From Mobula birostris (Eukaryota), in contig NW_027274690.1 of assembly GCF_030028105.1 (NCBI RefSeq), positions 1 to 64,000 on the forward strand: a stretch of 64,000 bases of DNA, in the 5' to 3' direction. This document shows, one piece after another, positions 12,470-47,316 of this stretch; the first letter of the stretch is position 1; every line of letters begins with the position of its first letter. The position numbers and the translations under genes were made by a program. The notes under the pieces were generated by a model that was given only the letters and a program-made list of their open reading frames with translations, had not been told where the DNA came from and made no database searches.

Positions 12470-14850
12470 GCCTCCTGTGGCAATGAATTCCCTGGCTAAA
12501 GAAATTCTTCTCATCTCTGTTCTACAGGATGGCCCTCTGTCCTGAAGCTGCACCCTCTGGTCCTAGACTCCCCACCTGTAAGAAACATCCTCTCTACATC
12601 TACTTTATTAAGCCCTTTCAAAATTCAATGCATTTCAATGAGATACCCTCTTGTTCTTCTAAACTTCAGTGAGTAGAGGCCCAGAGCCATATACATTAAC
12701 TTTTTAATTCCCAGGATCATTCTCGCGAACCTCCTCTGGATCCTCTCCAATGCCAACATATCCTTTCTCAGATAAAGAGCCCAAGTCTGCTCACAATACT
12801 CAAAGTGCAAAGTCTCAGCATTATATCCTTGCTTTTATACAGGGTTCTATTCCTCTTGAAATGAATGCTAACATTGCATTTGCTTTCCTCGCTACTCACT
12901 CAACCTGCAAAATAACCTTTAGGAAATCCTGCACAAGGACTCCCAAGTCCCTTTGCACCTTGGGTTTTTCAATTTTCTCCCCGTTTCGGTGCACTATATT
13001 CCATCTTCCACTTCTTTGCCCATTCTAATCTGCCTAAATCCTCTTGCAGGCTCCCTGTTTCCTCAACGTTACCTGCCCCTCCACCTATCTTCATATCGTC
13101 TTCATATTTTGCAACAAAGCCATCATTTCTATAATGTGAATCATTGACGTATAATATAAAAAGAATTGGTCCCAACAGACCCCTGTGGGACACCACTAGT
13201 CACTGTCAGCCAGTCAGAAAAGGTTCCCTTTATTCCCACTCTTTGCCTCCTGCCAATTGGCCACTGCTTTATCCTGCTAGAAACTTTCCTGTAATACCAA
13301 GGGCTTGTAGCTTGTTAAGCAGCCTCATGTGTGACACCATGTCAAAGGCCTTCTGAAAACTCAAGTACATAACATCCACTAACTCTCCTTTGTCAATCCT
13401 GCCTGTTATTTTCTCAAAGAATTCCAACAGGTTTGTCAGGCAAGATCTTCTCTTAAGGAAATCATGTTGACTTCAGCCTTTATCATGTGCCAAGTATCCC
13501 GAAACCAAATTCTTAACAATCAACAATCTTCCCAGCCGCTGTGGTCAGACTAACTGGCCTATAATTTCCTTTCTTCTGCCTCTCTCCCTTCTTAGAGTTG
13601 AGTAACATTTGCAATTTCCAGTTCTCCAGTGATTCTTGAAAGATCATTACTAATGTCTTCACAGTCTCTTTCAGAACCCTGGGGTGTAGTGCAGGTGACT
13701 TACCTACCTTCAGACCTTTCAGTTTCCCGAGCACCTTCTCCCTGGTAATAGCAACTACACTCATTTCTGCCCCAAATACTCTCCAATTTTTGGCATGCTA
13801 CGTAGCTATTCAGTTTGTCTGCCATTTCTTTGTCCATTACTACATCTCCAGCATCATTTCTAACGGCTTGATATTAACTCTCGTCTCTCTTTTACTATTT
13901 ATATAACTAAAAAATCACTTGGTATCCTCTTTTATATTATTGGCTAGTTTACCTTCAAATTCCACATTCTCTCTCCTTATGCCTTTTTTAGTTTCCTTCT
14001 GTTGGATTTTAAAAGCTTTCTAACCCTCTAATTTTGCTGTAAGACCTCCCTTTTGCTTTTATGCTGTTACCTCATCCTTTCTTTGGAATGCTTCTTCTGA
14101 ATTTCCCCCAGAAACTCTAGCCACTGCTGTTCTGCCATCATCCCTGCCAGTGTCCTCCTGCAATAACTTCAGCCAGCTCCTTTCTCATGCCTCTGTAATT
14201 CTCTTTACTCCACTATAATACTGACACATCTGACTTTAGCTTCTCCTACTCGTATTGCAGGGAGAATCCCATCACATTATGATCACTTTCTCCTAACAGT
14301 ACCTTTATCTTAAGCTCCCTAATCCAATCTGGTTCATTGCACAACACCCAATCCAGAACTGCCTTTTCCCTAGTGGCTCAACCACAAGCTGCTCTAAAAA
14401 GCCATCTCACACACAAATTCCATCTCTTGGGATCCAGCACCAACCTGATTTTCCCAATCTCCCTATACTGTATATCAAAACACCCCTCCCTCATTGCCCT
14501 TTTGACATACATTTTCCATCTCCCTTTGTTATTTGTAGCCTACATCCTAGCTACTGTTTGGGTATCTGACCCAGAATAAATCCCATTCTGGGTCGTTTTA
14601 CTCTTGTAGTTTCTTAACTCTACCAATAAGGATTCTATATCTTCTGATCCTATGTTACCTCCTCCCAACGATTTGATTTAATTTTTTTCTACCAAAAGTG
14701 CCACACCACCCCCTCTGTCTACCTGCCCGTCCTTTCAATATGATGGGTATCATTGGATGTTAAGCTCCGAACTACGATCTTCTTGCAGTCATGCCTCCGA
14801 TGCCTACACCGCCATACCCACAAATCTCTTAACTTATTCCACAGTCAAAT
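12470..14850 (-). mobile_element. Degenerate CR1 LINE ORF2
   Basis: LGPILFILYVND, NYRPVSLT and endonuclease-region remnants. Confidence 0.75.
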
Positions 14851-15149
14851 GCAACACTTCAGTCCTGTATTCACCACTTTTGAATTTGTCTCCATGTAAC
14901 TTGAAGTTAAATTCTCAGTCCTTTTTATTTCCTTTGTCAAGTCTTTAGAACAGAATATTACTGAAGGGTCCAGGCCCTTCAGCCCACAATGTTGTAATCA
15001 ACCTTTTAACCTACTCCATGATCAATCTAACCCTTCCCTCCCACACAGCCCTCAAAATCCAAAGTAAATCTAACACCATATGCAACCTTAAGATTCATTT
15101 TCTTGCAGGCATTCTGCTTTTTCCATCATCCATGTGCCTATCTAAATTT

Positions 15150-17110
15150 CTTAAATTCCCCTTAAAATATTTGTCTCCACCACCACAGCTGGCAGTGCAT
15201 GTGTAAAAAAAATCCTACCTCTGACACCTCCCTGTGCTTTTCTTTAATCACCCTGGTTCAGACATTTCCACCCTGAGAAAAACTCTCCAGTTATCCACAC
15301 AATTTATGCCTCTTATTGTTTTGTACACCTCTATCAAGTCACCTCTCATCCTCCTTCGCTCCGAAGAGAAAAACACCAGCTCACTCAGCCTCTCCTCATA
15401 AGACATGCTCCCCAAACCAGGCAGCATCCTGGTAAATCTCCTCTGTGCTCTCTTTAAAGCTTCCACCTCCTTCCTGTAATGAGATGACCAGAAATGAACA
15501 CAGTATTCCAAGTGTGGTCTGACCAGGGGTTTATAGCGCTGTAACTCATAGCTCTTGAACTCAAACCCTCAACTAAAAGTAAACACACCATACTCCTTCT
15601 CACCAACCCTATCAACTTGTGCACCCCCAAGATCGCTCTGCTCCTCCACACTGCTAAGAATGTTGCCATTAACCCTGTCTTTTGCCTTCAATTTTCACCT
15701 TCCAAAGTGAATCACTTCACACTTTTCTGGGTTAAACCCTATCTGCCATTTCTCAGGCCAGCTCTGCATCCTATTGTAATCTACGACAACTTTAACATGA
15801 TCCACTGTTTCACCAACCTTCATGTCATCTCCAAACTTTCTAACCCACCCTTCCTCTTCCTCATCCAAGCCATTTATAAAAGTCACAAAGAGCAGGGGTC
15901 CCAGAACAGGCAGAATGCACTCCATCAACACCCATTATCTGCCTTCCATAGACACAGCTCCTGACTACCTTGGGGAATCTTGTCAAACCCCTTACTAAAA
16001 TCCACACACACATTTGGTGACTGGAGACCCCCTTCCCTTTTGCTTTATCCTTACTTTTCCAAGCTGTTGTACCTGCAATCCCCCATCCTCCTACTAGTTG
16101 GTTTAAAACCCAAATCCTATTCAAAGCTCTAGTTCGGTGATTTGCCAGGACCTTGGTCCCAGCATGGTTGAAAGGGAGCCCACCCCATTGGAACAAATCC
16201 TCCTTGCCAATCTTTGGGCCATGCTCTCTGAACCTTTGCCAATTGCATGTGGCTTGGGTAACAATCCAGAGACCTGCTGACTTCCTCCAGCATTTTGAGT
16301 GTTAATCTAAAGATTATTACATTTTAATTTAGTATCTAGCTGATTAGGTTCCCTCAGCAGAACACAGGACATAGAAATCTACAGCACATTACAGGCCCTT
16401 TGGTCCACAATGTTGTGCAGACCAAGTAACCTACTCTCGAAACTACCTAGAATTTCCTTACCGCATAGCCCTCCATTTTTCTAAGAACCACATAGCTATC
16501 TAAGTGTCTCTTCAAAGACCCTATTGTGTCCTATTTTTCCTGTTCTTCCTACATTGTCCGTAACACACAGACCATGGCAGCTGGATCTCTCCCCTCCCAC
16601 TCCAAACTCCTCAGCAAGTCAGGTGAGTTGTCCCGAACCTGAACACCAGGGAGTCAAAACGGCCTTCAGGACTCTCGATCCTTGAAACAGAGACTTGTGT
16701 CTGCACCCTGACTATACTATCCCCAATCACCACTACATTTCTCTTCTCTCCCCCTGAACCCCCAGTGTGCCAGAGTTCGGCTGCTCATCTTTCCTACAGC
16801 TGCCTCTCTTACCCTCATGGGGAGCAACAATCTCAGAGCTGTTGGCCGCGTCTCCTCCCACACAGCTTCTGGAGTGCCCCGACCCGCCTTGCTCCAGTCA
16901 CACCCTCGTCAGCCAGGCCACACACTGTTTCTGAGGTTCATCTACCGGGTGTGTCTGCCTCCTGAAACGCAGTGTCCACATAACCCTCCCGATGCACCGG
17001 GTGCCAGGTCATCAACTTTGGGCAAGGTTTGGCCCCCCCCCGCCCCCCCACACCGATCAGGGCCACGTGAAGCCACGGGAGCAGCCGGTGCAGATCACAA
17101 GTCCTGGTTA
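15150..17110 (-). mobile_element. Degenerate CR1 LINE (RT 3' end plus ORF1 remnants)
   Basis: EYCVHFWSSHYRK, VLGPLLFVTFING; the 16550-17100 segment resembles the ORF1 DNA at 5300-5950. Confidence 0.7.
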
Positions 17111-17543
17111 CGCCACCGCTGATGCCAGGCAGACAGTCTCTGAAGAGTATTGGTAATGGCTGGGGTATGTCTTGTAAAGATACTGCCCAGAAGAAGGCAA
17201 TGGCAGACCACTTCTGCAGAAAACCTTGGCAAGAACAATCATTGTCATGGATAAACCATGATCGCCCATGTCATCACGAACGATTACAAAAATAAAGCCT
17301 TACCTGATCTTACCTGCTACTCACCTGTGCCTCACTGCCAAAGCCTCAGACTCCATTGGTGGCCTTGACATCTTCTGTCCAGCTCCTCCCTCCCAGTTAC
17401 CACCTTCCTAGCACCTGACCCTCCTCCCTCCCAGTTACCTCTATTTCTCTCTCCACATCCTTATCCCTCCGTCACTCCCTCTCCCTCCCCATCCAAAAGG
17501 AACGAAAATCCCGACGGCAGTGACTTTAACAAAAAGTGAAATG

Positions 17544-17549
17544 TTTATT
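17544..17549 (-). terminator. Probable TAOK2 polyadenylation signal (AATAAA)
   Basis: tttatt on +, about 370 nt downstream of the stop. Confidence 0.55.
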
Positions 17550-17916
17550 AAAAAAAACTCAAATTACCAAAACGGTAAGGGGATAGGGGAGGGAATGTGG
17601 GAGTGGGAAAGTGAGGGGATAGGGGAGGGAATGTGGGAGTGGGCAAGTGATGGGAGAGGGGAGGGGAGGGAAGGTGAGGGGAGGGGGGAGGGAGGAGTAA
17701 ATGACCTCAAATGAAAAGTAACAAACAATAATAACTTACTGATGACCGGGGTGTAGTACAGAGTCTGATCCCCTCCCAAACCCATCACCCTCTGTCCCTG
17801 TCCCTCCACAATGCCGAATGCTCCAGTCACTAGTGTTCTGTGAAGGTCTTTACGAGGAAGGTGGGAGAGAACAGAGGGTGTGGGGGATGCGGGGTGGGGT
17901 GGACAGAGACATCCCA

Positions 17917-40524
<22,608 letters not shown>

Positions 40525-40779
40525 GGCTTCGTCCAGGGGTCAGGGGTCGTCCTGCTCCACCCCCGCCCCCCCTCGGACCCGGCGAAGGAGCAGGGGATGC
40601 GGCAGCTGTGGGGGGGGGTGGGGGGAGAGAGAAAGGAAAGCATCAGTGTGGGCTGTGTCAGCAAGCGGGGTGGGGAGGGAAGTGGTGAACTGAGGCGAAG
40701 GGATTCAAATAGGGATGGGGGGGGGGGCGGTCAGAGAACAATATTTACCAAGCACGTTTCATAGACGATGTAGTCCAAA

Positions 40780-41700
40780 GTGCTTCACAACGCGATAAAG
40801 TGCAAACATCAGGGTCAAGACAAAAAGATGTCAGTTAGAAGCAAAGCTAAACAAATAGGTTTAGAGTTGTCGTTTACACGTGACAATTAAGTCTGCATCC
40901 CTTATAGTTTTAGGAAAGGAATTCCACAATTTTGGAGTGTAGTTCAGGGAAACTGACCTGCCAATTATCTTGTAAGGAAACAAGAGAAAATCTGCAGACG
41001 CCAGAAATCCGAGCAACACACACAAAAAGCTGGAGGAACTCAGCAGGCCCAAAACATCAACTGTACTTTTTTTACATAGATGCTGCCTCGTCTGCTGAGC
41101 TCCTCCAGCTTTTTGCATGTGTATCTTTTACCAGAGATAGTTTAAAATTTAAGAGACCGATGGAAGAAAACCTGAGAGTTTGAACAGGATTACAAAAAAG
41201 TGATTCAATGATGTTCTCTGGTCCCAGACCATTAAAAGCTTTAAAAACAGGTAAGAGAAATTTAAAATCAATTTCTAAAGGATACAGGAAGCCAATGCAG
41301 AGTAGCTACGACAGAGCGACATGCTCCTCATCCTGGTTTTAATTAAAAGTGTAGCATTGGTGTCCTGAACGAATTATTTTTATCAGTAGATCGCTTTGGA
41401 AGGCCAGTGAATTGCAGTCATTTGATCCATTCGACATAAAGGCGTGAATTAGTTTTTCAGTATCATCACGTGACAGAAATGGATGCACTGTAGCTTTCCA
41501 ACATCTGCTATATATTGAAATGTTGCTGTGCTCACTCTTTTTTTAAATAAGGGTTTTAAAATTGAAATCTGAGGCAAGAAAACAACCTCGGATAGTTACC
41601 TGTGACCCAACTTCCCTTGTTTATCAAGAAGTTTATCTCATTTGACTTTGGGGCCAGCCAGAACGACTTCACTTTTATCCTCATTTCGTTTTAGTAATTA
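40780..41700 (-). mobile_element. L2-type LINE 3' fragment with a short nested repeat (about 40980-41120)
   Basis: DFKFLLPVFKAFNGLGP and YTPKLWNSFPKTIRDA motifs typical of the L2 ORF2 C-terminus. Confidence 0.6.
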
Positions 41701-41812
41701 TTGCAGCCGTAGCAGAGTCAGAGAGTTGTCATTCTCAGTCTCGGCCGAGATGTGTGTCATCTGCAGAGCTACGAGATGAAGGGCAGCATGCAAAAGAAGA
41801 AGGGGCGATTGA

Positions 41813-44355
41813 GGGGACTGCCGCGGTCGGTGGTGTGGGGGGAGATGCGGGAGTGAAGCTGCGGTGGGTGAGGACAGTCTCCCCGCTGCTGTTGGCTCTG
41901 ACACCCGGGGACTGCCCGCGGTCGGTGGTGTGGGGGGAGATGCGGGAGTGAAGCTGCGGTGGGTGAGGACAGTCTCCCCGCTGCTGTTGGCTCTGACACC
42001 CGGGGACTGCCCGCGGTCGGTGGTGTGGGGGGAGATGCGGGAGTGAAGCTGCGGTGGGTGAGGACAGTCTCCCCGCTGCTGTTGGCTCTGACACCCGGGG
42101 ACTGCCCGCGGTCGGTGGTGTGGGGGGAGATGCGGGAGTGAAGCTGCGGTGGGTGAGGACAGTCTCCCCGCTGCTGTTGGCTCTGACACCCGGGGACTGC
42201 CGCGGTCGGTGGTGTGGGGGGAGATGCGGGAGTGAAGCTGCGGTGGGTGAGGACATGTTCCCGCTGCTGTTGGCTCTGACACCCGGGGACTGCCCGCGGT
42301 CGGTGGTGTGGGGGGAGATGCGGGAGTGAAGCTGCGGTGGGCGAGGACAGTCTCCCCGCTGCTGTTGGCTCTGACACCCGGGGACTGCCCGCGGTCGGTG
42401 GTGTGGGGGGAGATGCGGGAGTGAAGCTGCGGTGGGCGAGGACAGTCTCCCCGCTGCTGTTGGCTCTGACACCCGGGGACTGCCCGCGGTCGGTGGTGTG
42501 GGGGGAGATGCGGGAGTGAAGCTGCGGTGGGCGAGGACAGTCTCCCCGCTGCTGTTGGCTCTGACACCCGGGGACTGCCCGCGGTCGGTGGTGTGGGGGG
42601 AGATGCGGGAGTGAAGCTGCGGTGGGCGAGGACAGTCTCCCCGCTGCTGTTGGCTCTGACACCCGGGGACTGCCCGCGGTCGGTGGTGTGGGGGGAGATG
42701 CGGGAGTGAAGCTGCGGTGGGCGAGGACAGTCTCCCCGCTGCTGTTGGCTCTGACACCCGGGGACTGCCGCGGTCGGTGGTGTGGGGGGAGATGCGGGAG
42801 TGAAGCTGCGGTGGGTGAGGACAGTCTCCCCGCTGCTGTTGGCTCTGACACCCGGGGACTGCCCGCGGTCGGTGGTGTGGGGGGGAGATGCGGGAGTGAA
42901 GCTGCGGTGGGCGAGGACAGTCTCCCCGCTGCTGTTGGCTCTGACACCCGGGGACTGCCCGCGGTCGGTGGTGTGGGGGGGAGATGCGGGAGTGAAGCTG
43001 CGGTGGGCGAGGACAGTCTCCCCGCTGCTGTTGGCTCTGACACCCGGGGACTGCCCGCGGTCGGTGGTGTGGGGGGAGATGCGGGAGTGAAGCTGCGGTG
43101 GGCGAGGACAGTCTCCCCGCTGCTGTTGGCTCTGACACCCGGGGACTGCCCGCGGTCGGTGGTGTGGGGGGAGATGCGGGAGTGAAGCTGCGGTGGGCGA
43201 GGACAGTCTCCCCGCTGCTGTTGGCTCTGACACCCGGGGACTGCCCGCGGTCGGTGGTGTGGGGGGAGATGCGGGAGTGAAGCTGCGGTGGGTGAGGACA
43301 GTCTCCCCGCTGCTGTTGGCTCTGACACCCGGGGACTGCCCGCGGTCGGTGGTGTGGGGGGAGATGCGGGAGTGAAGCTGCGGTGGGTGAGGACAGTCTC
43401 CCCGCTGCTGTTGGCTCTGACACCCGGGGACTGCCCGCGGTCGGTGGTGTGGGGGGAGATGCGGGAGTGAAGCTGCGGTGGGCGAGGACAGTCTCCCCGC
43501 TGCTGTTGGCTCTGACACCCGGGGACTGCCCGCGGTCGGTGGTGTGGGGGGAGATGCGGGAGTGAAGCTGCGGTGGGCGAGGACAGTCTCCCCGCTGCTG
43601 TTGGCTCTGACACCCGGGGACTGCCCGCGGTCGGTGGTGTGGGGGGAGATGCGGGAGTGAAGCTGCGGTGGGCGAGGACAGTCTCCCCGCTGCTGTTGGC
43701 TCTGACACCCGGGGACTGCCCGCGGTCGGTGGTGTGGGGGGAGATGCGGGAGTGAAGCTGCGGTGGGCGAGGACAGTCTCCCCGCTGCTGTTGGCTCTGA
43801 CACCCGGGGACTGCCCGCGGTCGGTGGTGTGGGGGGAGATGCGGGAGTGAAGCTGCGGTGGGCGAGGACAGTCTCCCCGCTGCTGTTGGCTCTGACACCC
43901 GGGGACTGCCCGCGGTCGGTGGTGTGGGGGGAGATGCGGGAGTGAAGCTGCGGTGGGTGAGGACAGTCTCCCCGCTGCTGTTGGCTCTGACACCCGGGGA
44001 CTGCCCGCGGTCGGTGGTGTGGGGGGAGATGCGGGAGTGAAGCTGCGGTGGGCGAGGACAGTCTCCCCGCTGCTGTTGGCTCTGACACCCGGGGACTGCC
44101 CGCGGTCGGTGGTGTGGGGGGAGATGCGGGAGTGAAGCTGCGGTGGGTGAGGACAGTCTCCCCGCTGCTGTTGGCTCTGACACCCGGGGACTGCCCGCGG
44201 TCGGTGGTGTGGGGGGAGATGCGGGAGTGAAGCTGCGGTGGGCGAGGACAGTCTCCCCGCTGCTGTTGGCTCTGACACCCGGGGACTGCCGCGGTCGGTG
44301 GTGTGGGGGGGAGATGCGGGAGTGAAGCTGCGGTGGGTGAGGACAGTCTCCCCGC
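41813..44355. repeat. 95-bp CpG-rich, highly homogeneous tandem array, about 27 copies
   Basis: gggactgcccgcggtcggtggtgtggggggagatgcgggagtgaagctgcggtgggYgaggacagtctccccgctgctgttggctctgacacccg. Confidence 0.96.
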
Positions 44356-44399
44356 CCGGACCTTTCCCAGGAAGGGGAGATGTGATCACAGGCCGGTGG

Positions 44400-44680
44400 G
44401 GAGGGGCAGGTTCCCTCCCTTTCTCACCGACTGCCACCCCGAGCCCCGCTCCCTCCCCTCACATTACCGGCCGAACCCTCCCCTCCGCCCTCAACTCCCC
44501 TCCCCTCCCCTCCCCTCCGTCCCCTCGACCTCACCCTCCTCCGCCGCCAGTCCCTCCAAGCCGCTCCACTTCCGATTTATCTACCCCACTTCCTGCGTTC
44601 CGTCCATTTGCCGTTCCCCCTCCTAGACGCACTTCCTGTGTCCGTCCGACCTTCCTTCACCCAACGTCCCTGCTCCGGAA
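44400..44680 (-). promoter_or_regulatory. Putative TAOK2 promoter / non-coding first exon
   Basis: CpG-rich, with clustered ETS-like ACTTCCG/ACTTCCT motifs (44568-44640) and candidate minus-strand donors GTAATG (about 44467) and GTGAGA (about 44427). Confidence 0.4.
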
Positions 44681-46659
44681 CCTTTCTCCACCTCCACCTC
44701 TCCCTCTCGGTTCTCCAACTGTTATCCCTCCTTCCCTCCATTCTTTCTTTTTCTTCCCCTATCCCCTACCTCACCTTTCCTTCTGCTCCCTTTATCCTTT
44801 CAACTACTCTTGCTTCCCTTTCCCTCCGTCCCGACGCCTATCCTCCTCTCTCTATCTAGTAGTCATAGTCATAGTTTATTGATCCCGGGGGAAACTGGTT
44901 TTCGTTACAGTTGCTCCATAAATAATTAAATAGTAATAAAACCATAAATAGTTAAATAGTAATATGTAAATTATGCCGGGATATATTTACATATTTACAT
45001 CTCTTGCTGTTTACTCCGTCCACACTCCATCCCCACCTGATTATCCCTTCTGCACCTCCTCCACTGACATCCCAGCCCTTAATTGCTCTCTCCCTGCCTG
45101 CTTTCTCCCACTATCATTCGAACCGTCCATCATCCTCCTCCTCTACCTTCTGCACTCTCCTGTCTAAGAATGGGTGATGCTCTCTCCCCCTCACCATCGT
45201 CACTTCTCCATTTACCCCCCTCTCCGTCATCTCTTTCCATCCCCTCCCCCTATCCTCCCACTCCATCCCCTTTCTCGCTCCGTCCTTCCCCTCTCCCTCT
45301 CTCCTTCTACATGTAAAGAAATCCTGTGAAGATACTTCAAAAATAAAGAAGTAAAAAGTTTGTAGATATCAAAAAAAGAATACTATAAAGAGCAGTAAAT
45401 GATTTTTAAAAAACCCAAATCAAGTCCTTCCAGGTGAGGCTGCACTTCATCTGTGAGCCTGTTGGGGCCGTCGACTGTATCCAGTGCTCCCGTTGTGGCC
45501 TCCTTAATATCAGTGAGGCCAGATGTAGATTTGGGGACTGCTTTGCTGAGTACCTGTGCTCCATCCACTGGAAAAAGCAGGATCTCCCAGTGGCCACCTA
45601 TTTTAATTCCACTTCCCATTCCCGTATGTCAGTCCACGGCCCCCTCTACTGCCGTGATGAGGGTGGAAGAGCAACACCTCATATTGCCTGGGTAGCCTCC
45701 AACCTGATGACGTGAACATCGACTTCTTGAACTTCTGGTGCTGGCCTCCCCCCCCCCACCCCCCCCATTCCCCTCTCTCTCTTTATCTGCCAGTCACCTC
45801 CCTCTGGTTCTCCTCCCCATTCCCTTTTCACATGGCCTTCTGCCTCCCCTATCAGATTCCCCCTCTCCAGCCCTTTATTTCTTTTGCCAATTGACTTACC
45901 AGCTACTTACCTCATCCCTCCCCCCTCCCAGTTTCACCTATCACCTACCACTTTCTACTTCTTCCTCCCTTCCCCCTCCCCACCTTCCTACTCCGACTTC
46001 ATCTTTTTTCTCCAGTCCTGGTGAAGGGTCTCGGCCTGAAACGTCGGCTGTTTACTATTTTTCATGGATGCTGCCTGGCATTTTGTATGTGTTTTGCTTA
46101 GATCAAATCACTATTTGGTGTGACAGCCCTTTGCTGTAAAAACTGCATCAATTCCCTTAGGCACACTGTCATGCAGTTTTATGAGAAAATTGGCTGGTAG
46201 GTTCTTCAAAGCATCTTGGAGAACTTGCCACAGTTCTTATGCAGACTTTGGCTTTCTTGCTTGCTTCTATCTCGCCAGGTGATCTCAGACAGACTTGGTG
46301 ATGTTGAGGTCACACCATCTGAAACCATATAAAAAATCTGGGGTGCCTAAGACAGTACAATAGGTACATGTGTGTCTTTATACAGTACGTACACATACAT
46401 ACTTGCTGACATTTATAGCTTTTGCAATGTCCCGCTGCTGCAAAACAACAAATTTCACAACATATGCCAGTGATATAAAACTTCATTCCTATTCTGAATG
46501 TGCACAGACTGTTTTCCCAGGGTTGGGCAATCAAGAACCAGAGGGCAAATGTTTAGGGTGAGAGGGGAGAAGTTTAATAGGGACCTGAGGGGGAAATTTT
46601 TTATTTTTTATTTCTTTAGAGATGCAGCACGGAACAGGCCCAACGAGCCACACTGTCCA

Positions 46660-47316
46660 GTAACCCATCGGTTTAACCCCAGCCTAACTACAACTCACCC
46701 ATTTAACCGCAGCCTAATTACAACCCATCGGTTTAACCCCAGCCTAATTACAACCCACCCATTTAACCCCAGCCTAATTACAACCCATCGGTTTAACCCC
46801 AGCCTAATTACAACCTACCCATTTAACCGCAGCCTAATTACAACCCATCGGTTTAACCCCAGCCTAATTACAACCCATCCATTTAACCCCAGCCTAATTT
46901 CAACCTACCCATTTAACCGCAGCCTAATTACAACCCATCGGTTTAACCCCAGCCTAATTACAACCCATCCATTTAACCCCAGCCTAATTACAACCCACCC
47001 ATTTAACCTCAGCCTAAATACAACCCATTGGTTTAACCCCAGCCTAATTACAACCCATCGGTTTAACCCCAGCCTAATTACAACCCATTAGTTTAACCCC
47101 AGCCTAATTACAACTCACCCATTTAACTGCAGCCTAATTACAACCCATCGGTTTAACCCCAGCCTAATTACAACCCACCCATTTAACCCCAGCCTAATTA
47201 CAACCCACCCATTTAACCCCAGCCTAATTACAACCCATCAATTTAATCCCAGCCTAATTACAACCCATCGGTTTAACCCCAGCCTAATTACAACCCACCC
47301 ATTTAACCCCAGCCTA
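46660..47316. repeat. 30-bp minisatellite, about 22 copies
   Basis: taattacaacccatcggtttaaccccagcc and variants. Confidence 0.93.

Noticed and set aside
41698-44437. Three 796-900 aa ORFs
   Set aside because: Produced by a stop-free 95-bp unit; the same peptide cycles through all frames.
46660-47316. Telomere-like sequence (ttaacccc / agccta)
   Set aside because: A 30-bp unit, not (TTAGGG)n.
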